DNA of 63,832 bases, counting the filler, from an uncultured Thermoplasmatales archaeon (GTDB taxonomy: Archaea > Thermoplasmatota > E2 > DHVEG-1): NCBI GenBank assembly GCA_964517155.1. It is 5 parts of 5 records of this genome, joined end to end, with 100 filler letters (N's around TTAATTAATTAA, not from the genome) between each part and the next. Parts side by side here need not be neighbours in the genome. Positions count along the whole stretch, not along the records: positions 1 to 24,179 come from CAZFAZ010000026.1; positions 24,280 to 29,262 come from CAZFAZ010000029.1; positions 29,363 to 33,765 come from CAZFAZ010000030.1; 2 more parts are not named here. One strand, 5' to 3'. A program made the position numbers and the translations under genes. The notes under the pieces are model-generated. The model was not told where the DNA came from. It worked only from the letters and a program-made list of their open reading frames with translations, and searched no databases. Of the stretch, positions 20,777 through 29,526 are shown one piece after another (within the stretch, counting starts at the first letter, position 1; every line of letters begins with the position of its first letter).

Positions 20777-21874
20777 GTGATGAGGAAAATGAACTTTACT
20801 GTTAAAGAATACATAAAAAATTTTGATAAAAAAAATTATTTCTGTTTTGTTTTTGGTGCAGATTTAGGTGGAACAAATACAAAAATTGCTGTTGCCGGTG
20901 TTAAAAAAAATAGCTTAGAATTAATTTTTTCATTGATTTTTAAAAGCTCTGAAATAAATTCTTTTTCAATTGTTTTAAAAGAATGCATTAGTATTGCTAA
21001 AGCAAAATTTGATATAGATCTCTCAAATGGTTGTATAGGTGCAGCAGGAATTGTTTCAGAAGATAAAAAACATGTTAGTCTTACAAATCAAGAAATGAGT
21101 ATAAATATTGATGAAATAGTTAAAAAAACTGCTTTGAAATCAATTTTATTAATTAATGATTTTGAAGCAGTAGGATACGGTATAAATCTTTTAGATTTTC
21201 AAAATGAAAAAGAGGTATATATCATAAGAGAAAACAAAGAAAACAATTTTTCTAACAAAACAAGAGCCGCAATTGGTGCAGGAACTGGCCTGGGGAAAAG
21301 TATTTTAGTTTTTGATGAAAAAAATAATTTTTATAATCCTGTTTCAAGTGAAGGAGGGCACAGCGATTTTCCAGCATATAACGATTTTGAAAGAGAACTT
21401 GTAGGATATATCAGAACTAAAAAAGATATAACTGAGCCTTTAACATATGATGAACTACTTTCAGGCCGCGGAATAGAAATAATTTATCAATTTTTAAGAG
21501 AAAAAAATCCAGATAAAATCACAGAATACACAAAAGAAATTGATATATCAAAAGATAAAACTCCACTTATCTCAAAATATAAAACTTTAGATGAAACATG
21601 TAAAAAAGTTTTTAGTATTTTTACTCGTTTTTATGCAAGATGTGCTAAAAACTTTGTTTTAGAGTCTCTTGCACAAGATGGTTTATTTATCGCAGGGGGT
21701 ATTGCTGCTAAAAATAAAGATATTTTTGAGTCAAAAGATTTTTTTGATGAATTTGAAAATGTTTATCAGTATTCAAATTTTTTAAAGAAAGTTTCTATTT
21801 TTGTTATTCTTGATGAAGATATTGGTCTAAAAGGTGCTTGTTTTGCAGCTATGAAAAAATTTGGAGATTTATAG
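20777..21874 (+). CDS. glk: ATP-dependent glucokinase, bacterial Glk family
   Basis: ADLGGTNTK, LINDFEA, GAGTGLG, SEGGH, LSGRG and FIAGGIA. Confidence 0.88.
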   Translation: MMRKMNFTVKEYIKNFDKKNYFCFVFGADLGGTNTKIAVAGVKKNSLELIFSLIFKSSEINSFSIVLKECISIAKAKFDIDLSNGCIGAAGIVSEDKKHVSLTNQEMSINIDEIVKKTALKSILLINDFEAVGYGINLLDFQNEKEVYIIRENKENNFSNKTRAAIGAGTGLGKSILVFDEKNNFYNPVSSEGGHSDFPAYNDFERELVGYIRTKKDITEPLTYDELLSGRGIEIIYQFLREKNPDKITEYTKEIDISKDKTPLISKYKTLDETCKKVFSIFTRFYARCAKNFVLESLAQDGLFIAGGIAAKNKDIFESKDFFDEFENVYQYSNFLKKVSIFVILDEDIGLKGACFAAMKKFGDL

Positions 21875-21876
21875 AT

Positions 21877-22551
21877 ATGGGTAAAAATGCTGTTGCAGAT
21901 GGGATATATCACAAACATTTTAGGGTTGCAATATTTGGCTCTGCAAGAATAAAAGTTGATGAGCCGGCTTATGATGAAGTCTATAGACTTGCGCATATGC
22001 TTGGTGCTCAAAATATTGATGTTGTCACAGGCGGCGGCCCTGGAATTATGCAGGCTGCATGCAAAGGGCATAGAGATGGAAGAAAAAGTAGTAAAACATA
22101 TTCAATTGGATTAAATATCGATATTCCTGCTGAACAGAAACCAAATAGATATCTAGATATAAAAAAAGATTTTCATCGTTTTTCTAAAAGACTTGATACC
22201 TTTATGGTTTTGTCAAATGCTGTTGTTGTCGCACCTGGAGGCGTTGGTACTCTTCTTGAGCTTGCTTATACCTGGCAGCTTATACAGGTTAAACATATCT
22301 GCAACATACCTATTATTTTACTTGGTGAAATGTGGAGTGAATTTTTGAAATGGATTGAAAAATATCCTCTTAAAAAAGGTTTTATCGCAAAAAAAGATCT
22401 TCTTAGAATTTTTATTGCAAAAGATAGTTTTGAAGCATTTAGACTAATTAAAAAATTTCATGATGGTTATCAACAAGGTGTCGATATTTGTTTTAATTTC
22501 AAAAAATACAAGGTTGAAATGGATAGTCTTTTAGACGGTGAAAAATTATGA
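21877..22551 (+). CDS. LOG-family nucleotide monophosphate phosphoribohydrolase
   Basis: FGSAR, TGGGPGIM and PGGVGTLLEL. Confidence 0.9.
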   Translation: MGKNAVADGIYHKHFRVAIFGSARIKVDEPAYDEVYRLAHMLGAQNIDVVTGGGPGIMQAACKGHRDGRKSSKTYSIGLNIDIPAEQKPNRYLDIKKDFHRFSKRLDTFMVLSNAVVVAPGGVGTLLELAYTWQLIQVKHICNIPIILLGEMWSEFLKWIEKYPLKKGFIAKKDLLRIFIAKDSFEAFRLIKKFHDGYQQGVDICFNFKKYKVEMDSLLDGEKL

Positions 22552-23180
22552 AAAATAAAAAAATAATCCCTGCGATTATTGCTAAATCCCAAGCTGAATT
22601 TGAAGAGAGCATAAACAAAGTAAAAGATTTTGTTGAAATTATTCAACTAGATTTTATGGATGGAAAGTTTGTTCCCAATAGTTCTATTGATTTTGATTTT
22701 AAATTACCTTCTTCAAATTGTGAGTTTGAAGCTCATCTGATGATTAAAAATCCAATAAAATGGGTAGAAAAACATCACAAGAAAGTTGATATTGTTCTTG
22801 CTCATTTTGAATCATGTAAAGAACCTGGAAAAGTTATTGGTGTCATCAAGAAAAAAGAAAAACGCATGGGTTTTGTTTTGAATCCTGAAACACCGATTTC
22901 TTCGATTGAAAGTTATTTTGATGAGATTGATCAGGTTCTTATTATGACAGTTAATCCTGGTTTTTATGGAAGTCCTTTTCTGCCAGAGATGATTGATAAG
23001 ATTAAAGAGCTTAGAAGGAAATGCCCTAATTTGGATATAGAAGTGGACGGTGGCATTACAGATAAAACGATTGGTCTTGTTGACAAAGCAGGTGCTAATT
23101 TGTTTGTTTCTGGCTCATATATTGTCAAATCAGATAATATTAAGAAATCTATTGATAGTCTTAAAAAGATAGTTAAATAA
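22548..23180 (+). CDS. rpe: Ribulose-phosphate 3-epimerase
   Basis: DFMDGKFVPN, AHLM, LNPETP, MTVNPGF and EVDGGI. Confidence 0.95.
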   Translation: MKNKKIIPAIIAKSQAEFEESINKVKDFVEIIQLDFMDGKFVPNSSIDFDFKLPSSNCEFEAHLMIKNPIKWVEKHHKKVDIVLAHFESCKEPGKVIGVIKKKEKRMGFVLNPETPISSIESYFDEIDQVLIMTVNPGFYGSPFLPEMIDKIKELRRKCPNLDIEVDGGITDKTIGLVDKAGANLFVSGSYIVKSDNIKKSIDSLKKIVK

Positions 23181-23292
23181 GGGCACAGCCCGTATTTCAC
23201 TTTTAAATTTTTCCTTTAGTTTTAATAACTATTAATTGATATATTATTTTAAGCTTATACTCACAAAACGTTATTATAGGCGGGGACAAACA

Positions 23293-23484
23293 ATGAATGA
23301 AGAAGATGTAAAAGCATTTCTTGAAGATTTCAAAAAAGCAAAAATAGAAGGAAAAATGGATATGTGGTTTTATGCACTAGACCAACAGGCAATCTGGGAT
23401 GAGATAATGGATGAAATGTCTAAGATTGCAAGGATTCAACTTATGAAATCTGGTGTGAAACTCTCTGCTACTGAGGAGGAATAA
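23293..23484 (+). CDS. Small acidic helical hypothetical protein (paralog 1)
   Basis: GGGG SD then ATG at 23293; clear similarity to the next ORF. Confidence 0.75.
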   Translation: MNEEDVKAFLEDFKKAKIEGKMDMWFYALDQQAIWDEIMDEMSKIARIQLMKSGVKLSATEEE

Positions 23485-23490
23485 AAACAA

Positions 23491-23697
23491 ATGAACGATG
23501 AAGATAAAAAAGAACTTATGGAAGAATTCAAAAAAGCAGACGGTGCAAAAAGGCTTGACATGTGGGATTATGTATGCCTACAGCAAGTTGTTTGGGAGAA
23601 CATCTTATTAGAAATGCAAAAAATTGCAAGAGAACAAGGTGTCGACAAACAGCTTGACAAGATGATAGATGAAGAAATGAAAAAATCAGAAGGATAA
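23491..23697 (+). CDS. Small acidic helical hypothetical protein (paralog 2)
   Basis: GAGGAGG upstream; shares FKKA..DMW.Y...Q...W..I..EM.KIAR with the previous ORF. Confidence 0.78.
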   Translation: MNDEDKKELMEEFKKADGAKRLDMWDYVCLQQVVWENILLEMQKIAREQGVDKQLDKMIDEEMKKSEG

Positions 23698-23865
23698 TAA
23701 AAAAAATATTTTTTATCTAATTTTTTAAAGTAAATATTATTTTTTGATATTTTGCCTTTTTTACAATTTTTTAGCGAAAGTAATATAAACCAGAGCCATG
23801 ACATAGTATATATTGTCAAATTGTGACACGATAAGATATAACAACATATTGGAGGATAAAAAAAA

Positions 23866-24018
23866 ATGAATGACACGACAAAAAAACTCCAAAAATTGGT
23901 CGGCCACAGAAAAAACGTTGTAGTAGTATCCAAACAAAAAGATTTTAAACAATATAAAAGAAATCGCGGTGGCTCTTCAGACAGCGATTATTCATCTGGT
24001 AGTTTTGATTATAACTAA
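23866..24018 (+). CDS. Small 50-aa hypothetical protein (not in ORF track)
   Basis: GGAGG at 23851; MNDTTKKLQKLVGHRKNVVVVSKQKDFKQYKRNRGGSSDSDYSSGSFDYN*; T-rich tract follows. Confidence 0.55.
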   Translation: MNDTTKKLQKLVGHRKNVVVVSKQKDFKQYKRNRGGSSDSDYSSGSFDYN

Positions 24019-24085
24019 CTTTATTCAACTAATCTTCACTTTTTCTTTTTTTAACTAAAAAACAAATAACAAAAAAAATAAAAAG

Positions 24086-24179
24086 ATGGTATGATAATTC
24101 TTGATTAGGTTGTGTTGCATATCCAAATTGAGATGATGCAACATGAAAAACAAGAAGTATTTTATTGGACTAGATGTCC
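24086..24179 (+). mobile_element. Left end and first 12 codons of an IS110-family transposase, cut by contig end
   Basis: ATG at 24143 reads MKNKKYFIGLDV, the IS110 DEDD N-terminal 'Y.GLDVH' motif; preceded by ATGG-TATGAT and a TGTTGCAT/ATGCAACA hairpin. Confidence 0.6.
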
Positions 24180-24279
24180 NNNNNNNNNNNNNNNNNNNNN
24201 NNNNNNNNNNNNNNNNNNNNNNNTTAATTAATTAANNNNNNNNNNNNNNNNNNNNNNNNNNNNNNNNNNNNNNNNNNNN
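24180..24279. other. Artificial contig linker
   Basis: N-run + TTAATTAATTAA (six-frame stops) + N-run. Confidence 0.98.
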
Positions 24280-24334
24280 ATTCTATGGGAAAATCCATTT
24301 TTCTGTAAATGTTTGGACATTCACATTCAGTCAT
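24280..24334 (-). CDS. N-terminal fragment of a gene cut by the linker
   Basis: AGGGG SD, then MTECECPNIYRKMDFPIE... Confidence 0.45.
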
Positions 24335-24689
24335 TCTTTTTTTTACCCCTAAATATAAGAATTATTTATAGCAACATAAAGTCCCATATCTAGAAAATCC
24401 TACAAAACACTAAAAAATACAATTTTCTTTTATTTTTAGCGGAAAAAATAAAAAAACTAGTTGTTAAAATAAAACATAAAAAATTCTATCAAAAGCCGCT
24501 TTTTTACAATTAACAATTATTTTATACTAAATACCATATTCTATTATTAAATAAGTCGTAGTTGGTTATGATTTAGGGATGCGAGATGGGATGCAGAAAG
24601 TTTATCAGGTTACATTATAAAAATAAACCTAATAGATACCATTTGCTAATTTTAACATATTTTTATTGTTTTTTTGAGGTTTTTATAAA

Positions 24690-27600
24690 ATGAAAGAAGA
24701 CCCTGCGATTGTAAAAGAACTAAGACAAGCCGAGAAACTCGGACTTCTTAAATCTGAATCACAGAGTAATTTAAATTATGCTGAAAAAGAAGAAGGCGAG
24801 GATGAAGAAGAAGATATAAACTATTTCGCCGGTGGTTATAAAGATTTAAAAGACGAAGTAGATCTTGCAGATTTAGAAGAAAAATACAAAACAATTTTTG
24901 AAAACTATACAGTAGCAATTACTCTTGCAGATGAAAAAGAAAGAATAATTTCTTGGAATAAATATGCAGAAGAATTATTTGGACTTGATGAAAAAGATTT
25001 ATTCTTAAGAAATGTTAAAACACTTTACCCGCCAGAAGAATGGACAAAAATTCGTGAAAAAAACATTCGTCAGAAAGGTATGAAACACAAAATGCAGACA
25101 AAAATTCTAAGAAGTGGTAAAGAACCACTTGATGTAGAAATATCACTTTGTGTTTTAAAAGGACTGAATGGTAAAAATGTAGGCTCAATAGGAATAATAA
25201 AAGACATATCTGAACTGAAAAAATATGAAGAAAAATTTTTAGAAACAGAAGAAAAATACAAAACCATTTTTGACAACAGCGCTGTAGCAATAATGCTTAC
25301 AGATGAAAAAGAAAGAATAATTTCTTGGAATAAATATGCTGAAACCCTGCTAGGATATAATCCAGTAGATCTTCAATTTAGACCAGTAGAAAGTTTATAT
25401 CCTTCAGAAGAATGGGATAAAATACGATCTGAAAATGTTAGACAAAAAGGCATAAAACATAGTCTTGAAACAAAAATCTGGACTAAAGCACATAAACTTT
25501 TAGATATTGATATCTCACTTAGCATCTTAAAAAACCATCAAGGAAAAATAATAGGCTCAATAGGTATAATAAGAGATATATCAAACCAGAAAAAAATAGA
25601 ATGCGAACTTGCGTATAACAACGATCTTTTACAGTCGCTTATGAATCACATACCTGACTGTATTTATTTTAAGGATGAACAAGGAAAGTTTGTAAAGGTA
25701 AATAAAGCAAAAGCACAAAGAGTAAATAAAAAACCTGAAGAATTAATAGGTAAAACAGAGTTAGATTTCTTCCCAAAAGATTATGCAGAAGAATCTAGAG
25801 AAGACGAAGAAAAAGTAATGAAAACAGGTAAACCTATTATAAATAAGATAGAAAAAATAATTGATAAAGAAGGCGTTGAGCACTGGGCATCTATCACAAA
25901 AATACCAAGATATAATAAAAATAATAAGATTATTGGCACTATTGGTATAAATCGTGATATAACTGATATTAAAAAATCAGAAGAAAGATACAAAAATTTA
26001 TTTGAAACAGCAATAGACCCTATCGTAATTATCGATAAAAAAGGCAGATTTACAAATATAAATGAACAAGTAACAAAAATTTTAGGGTATAGTAGAAAAG
26101 AGCTACTTGACAAAGAGTTTACAAAAACAGATATTTTAACGCAATCCAGCAAAAAAACATCTTATTATAACTTTTTAAAGAGAATGAAAGGTGAAAATGT
26201 TCCACCCTATGAAGTTGAAGTTCTAACTACAAATGGTGAAATAATACCTGCTGAAATAAACGCTAGTCCAATTTATGAAAACAAAGAAATCGTTGGAACT
26301 CTTGTCATTCTAAGAGATTTAAGAGAGCGCTATAAAAATAAAAAAATTGAAAAAGAATTAAATGAATCTGAGCAGAAATTTAGAGATATATTTGATGCAA
26401 CAAGTGATATATTATTATATCTTGAGAAAGGAATCATTCTTGATATAAATGAAACTACATTGGAAATGTTTAATCTTAAAAAACAGGATATAGTCGGTAA
26501 AAAAATCTCAACTATTAAAAAATTTTTTAGTGAAGATGATTTTGATAAACAGAAAAACGCAATTGAACTAGCTGTCAAAGGTGTCGATGTTAAAGATTAT
26601 GAAGTTGAACTAATAACAGATAAAGGGCTAAAATATGAATTTTTGTTTTCAGCAGACTGCATTAGTAATGATGAACATATAAAAGGTATATTGTTGCGTG
26701 GAAAAGACATAACACAACGTCATCATGCATGGAAAGAACTTGTTAAACTAGAAGAAAAATATAGAGTTCTTGCAGAAACATCAGCTGATGGAGTTATAAC
26801 AATCGATCCACTTGGAAGATTAACCTATATAAATCCTTCTTTTGAAAAAATGTTAAACAGGCGTAAAAGTCAGATTCTTGCAACACTACTAAGAGATTAT
26901 CTATCTGAGGATTCTGTTTATTTCTTCCAGCAAATATTTATAGATGCACGTAAAAAAGATGAAAAAATCGAAAATGTAGAATTAGAGTTATTGCATCCAA
27001 GCGGCGAAATAGTACCAATAGAAGTAAATATTGCACCTTTTAAGAGAGATGATGATTTTGCAGGCATGGTTCTTACAATCCGTGACATAACTGAACGCAG
27101 AAAAGTAGAAGACGAACTTAAAAAATCAGAGCGGTTAAAAACAGAATTCATGAATATCGCCGCACATGAACTTAAATCACCTGTTACACCTATAAAAGGA
27201 TATCTTGATTTAATAATATCAGATAAAGATTCAAATGATAAAATTAAAAACTGGGCTAAAATAAGTCTGAGAAACTCTGAAAGACTACTAAGGCTTGTAA
27301 ATGATATACTTGATGTTTCAAGACTTGACACAGATACTATGCGTTTTGATATGGAGAAACTACCGATAGTAGCAATATTAGACGAGATAGCAGAAGATAT
27401 GAAGCCTGCAGTTGAAGGAAAAGGTCTAAAGTTTAATGTAGATATCCAAAGAGACTTACCAAACATTATGGGAGATAAATACAGGCTTTCACAGGTACTT
27501 AAAAATTTGTTAGTCAACGCTTTAAAGTTCACAGATAATGGTTCAATAAGTATAGTTGCAAAACAGAAAAAAGATTATATTTTGATATCTATAGAAGATT

Positions 27601-27833
27601 CTGGCATAGGCGTATCAAAAGATGATTTGAAAAAGATATTTAATAAATTTTATCAAGCATACACAGGAGACGACCGTAAAAACGAAGGAACAGGTTTAGG
27701 TCTTTTTATATGCCGTGAAATACTTCAAAAACATAAAGGTAAAATATGGGCAGAAAGTCAAATTGGAAAAGGTAGCACATTTTATGTTCAGATACCATAT
27801 CTACACAAGATGGTGGTAAATTTAAAAAAATAA
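24690..27833 (+). CDS. Cytoplasmic sensor histidine kinase with about six PAS/PAC domains
   Basis: Repeated EEKYK/R..FE...DI(S/T) PAS units; H-box AAHELKSP; NALKFT, DSGIG and GTGLGL boxes. Confidence 0.95.
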   Translation: MKEDPAIVKELRQAEKLGLLKSESQSNLNYAEKEEGEDEEEDINYFAGGYKDLKDEVDLADLEEKYKTIFENYTVAITLADEKERIISWNKYAEELFGLDEKDLFLRNVKTLYPPEEWTKIREKNIRQKGMKHKMQTKILRSGKEPLDVEISLCVLKGLNGKNVGSIGIIKDISELKKYEEKFLETEEKYKTIFDNSAVAIMLTDEKERIISWNKYAETLLGYNPVDLQFRPVESLYPSEEWDKIRSENVRQKGIKHSLETKIWTKAHKLLDIDISLSILKNHQGKIIGSIGIIRDISNQKKIECELAYNNDLLQSLMNHIPDCIYFKDEQGKFVKVNKAKAQRVNKKPEELIGKTELDFFPKDYAEESREDEEKVMKTGKPIINKIEKIIDKEGVEHWASITKIPRYNKNNKIIGTIGINRDITDIKKSEERYKNLFETAIDPIVIIDKKGRFTNINEQVTKILGYSRKELLDKEFTKTDILTQSSKKTSYYNFLKRMKGENVPPYEVEVLTTNGEIIPAEINASPIYENKEIVGTLVILRDLRERYKNKKIEKELNESEQKFRDIFDATSDILLYLEKGIILDINETTLEMFNLKKQDIVGKKISTIKKFFSEDDFDKQKNAIELAVKGVDVKDYEVELITDKGLKYEFLFSADCISNDEHIKGILLRGKDITQRHHAWKELVKLEEKYRVLAETSADGVITIDPLGRLTYINPSFEKMLNRRKSQILATLLRDYLSEDSVYFFQQIFIDARKKDEKIENVELELLHPSGEIVPIEVNIAPFKRDDDFAGMVLTIRDITERRKVEDELKKSERLKTEFMNIAAHELKSPVTPIKGYLDLIISDKDSNDKIKNWAKISLRNSERLLRLVNDILDVSRLDTDTMRFDMEKLPIVAILDEIAEDMKPAVEGKGLKFNVDIQRDLPNIMGDKYRLSQVLKNLLVNALKFTDNGSISIVAKQKKDYILISIEDSGIGVSKDDLKKIFNKFYQAYTGDDRKNEGTGLGLFICREILQKHKGKIWAESQIGKGSTFYVQIPYLHKMVVNLKK

Positions 27834-27853
27834 AATATTTGGTGGTGATATAA

Positions 27854-28192
27854 ATTAGGAAAAAATGCCCTGAATGCAAATCCAAGGCAGTAAAACTATA
27901 TCAAAATAAAAGCTTTGATGGAAAAAGAGTATGGGTTCCAACAGCTTGGACTTGCACAGAATGCGGATATACATATAATGTTGCTGCAGAGACCCTTATG
28001 TATAAAATTGGAAATGAACCTTATGATGAAAAATATGGCCAGAAATGCCCAAAATGCAGTTTAGGCCTTGTAAGATTATATAGGCATATAAACCCAAAAC
28101 ACGGTAAACAAAAATGGGTTTCTATCGGCTGGTATTGCACACGCTGTAAATATGCATGGATGGATAAAAAAACAAAAGAAGAAATAGAATAA
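27854..28192 (+). CDS. Double zinc-ribbon protein (112 aa), apparent ATT start
   Basis: Frame is open from ATT 27854 (TAA at 27851) after SD GGTGGTGA; CPEC/CTEC and CPKC/CTRC repeats. Confidence 0.75.
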   Translation: MRKKCPECKSKAVKLYQNKSFDGKRVWVPTAWTCTECGYTYNVAAETLMYKIGNEPYDEKYGQKCPKCSLGLVRLYRHINPKHGKQKWVSIGWYCTRCKYAWMDKKTKEEIE

Positions 28193-28196
28193 AATA

Positions 28197-29087
28197 TTAT
28201 TCAACACTTCTCTCTTCTGTAAAAGGCTCCTGTCTTTTATGTATATAACCCATACCAACTTCTGTAAGCTCAATGACATTAAAAGAAGTATATTGTAAAA
28301 GTTCATTTTCAAGAAGTCTTTTAACCATACTATCAAACTCAATTTTTGTAACATGCAAAAGAGCCATAGCACTATCAGCATCCATATCTCTAGAACTTAG
28401 CATGCCAAGTAGCCTGAGTTCTTTATCACTTATCTTAAACTCTTTTTCCAGTTCATCAGGAACTTCTTCAAGTGTATCTGAAAGATTCTTCACATAGTTT
28501 TCAATAATTGTTTCTAAATTAAGATTATCAAGAGGATTTCCTTCTTTATCATAAAGTACACATGTTTGATGAATATCATCATATTCCCAGCTAGCAACAT
28601 TTTTCCAAGTATAACCAAGTAAACTTACATCACCATATGGCTTTCTACTAGCAGATTTCTTTTTACGTTCACGACTACGATAAAGATAATGCTGCTCAAC
28701 TTGAAGTGATGCAAGATCAACGCCAAAGTTATGTAATTCAATCATCAAATCTTCACCAGCACGTCTTTTCAACTCTGCTACAAAAAAAAGACCTGCTTTT
28801 CCAATTATATCCATATAAACAACGCGGATAATCGCTTCAATTGCACGACCGATGTCTTCACGAGGTACAGAATCTATTTCAGAAGAAATTTGAATAGCCT
28901 CATCCTCAAGTACTTCACCTTTATCATTTATTGTAACATGTTTTAAAAAACTGTATCTTGGTTCAAGTGTTTTAACAATTGAGCCAATTACTTTTGCTGC
29001 AAAACCAAAAGTAGTTCTTCTACCAGCTACATGATAAAGTGATTTTAATATTTCGCCTATTACATACGAATTAGTAAATCTTACCAT
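28197..29087 (-). CDS. Hypothetical protein: helical N-terminal domain plus C-terminal winged-helix-like region
   Basis: 296-aa ORF; C-terminus ...LHVTKIEFDSMVKRLLENELLQ....VIELTEVG fits a wHTH pattern. Confidence 0.7.
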   Translation of the reverse strand: MVRFTNSYVIGEILKSLYHVAGRRTTFGFAAKVIGSIVKTLEPRYSFLKHVTINDKGEVLEDEAIQISSEIDSVPREDIGRAIEAIIRVVYMDIIGKAGLFFVAELKRRAGEDLMIELHNFGVDLASLQVEQHYLYRSRERKKKSASRKPYGDVSLLGYTWKNVASWEYDDIHQTCVLYDKEGNPLDNLNLETIIENYVKNLSDTLEEVPDELEKEFKISDKELRLLGMLSSRDMDADSAMALLHVTKIEFDSMVKRLLENELLQYTSFNVIELTEVGMGYIHKRQEPFTEERSVE

Positions 29088-29126
29088 TTCGTTTTTTAGT
29101 AAATATAAAATTACTTAATTATCTTT

Positions 29127-29262
29127 CCATTTATAGAATAAAAAAAATAGCATAGTTTTTCCGAGTGTTGCCCGTAAATTAGATTTTTAGGGAGAAAACC
29201 CATAACGTTTTTTTACCAATCAAGAAAACGGGATGGATCTCTCCCTTGAGGTGAATCGTTCA
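29127..29262 (-). mobile_element. Structured non-coding contig end; candidate IS110 right end / bridge RNA
   Basis: Minus-strand hairpin AGGGAGAGATCCAT..CGTTTTCTT...AAAAAAACG..ATGGGTTTTCTCCCT; the segment terminates in ...CTATAAATGG. Confidence 0.4.
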
Positions 29263-29362
29263 NNNNNNNNNNNNNNNNNNNNNNNNNNNNNNNNNNNNNN
29301 NNNNNNTTAATTAATTAANNNNNNNNNNNNNNNNNNNNNNNNNNNNNNNNNNNNNNNNNNNN
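29263..29362. other. Artificial contig linker
   Basis: N-run + TTAATTAATTAA + N-run. Confidence 0.98.
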
Positions 29363-29526
29363 TTTGCTTTTCATTCATTTAACATTTCTTGTTAAACAAA
29401 CGGTATTTTTAATATTTACTGGAGCATAATTATAATATTGTCGTTTTTTGACGATTTTATAACCGCAGGGTTTTTACAGCAAATGTATTTTCCAGATACA
29501 TCATTTTTCAAATTTGGGGGAAAAAT

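Noticed and set aside
24566..24585. GGGATGC direct repeat upstream of the kinase
   Set aside because: Only two 7-nt copies; insufficient evidence for a binding site
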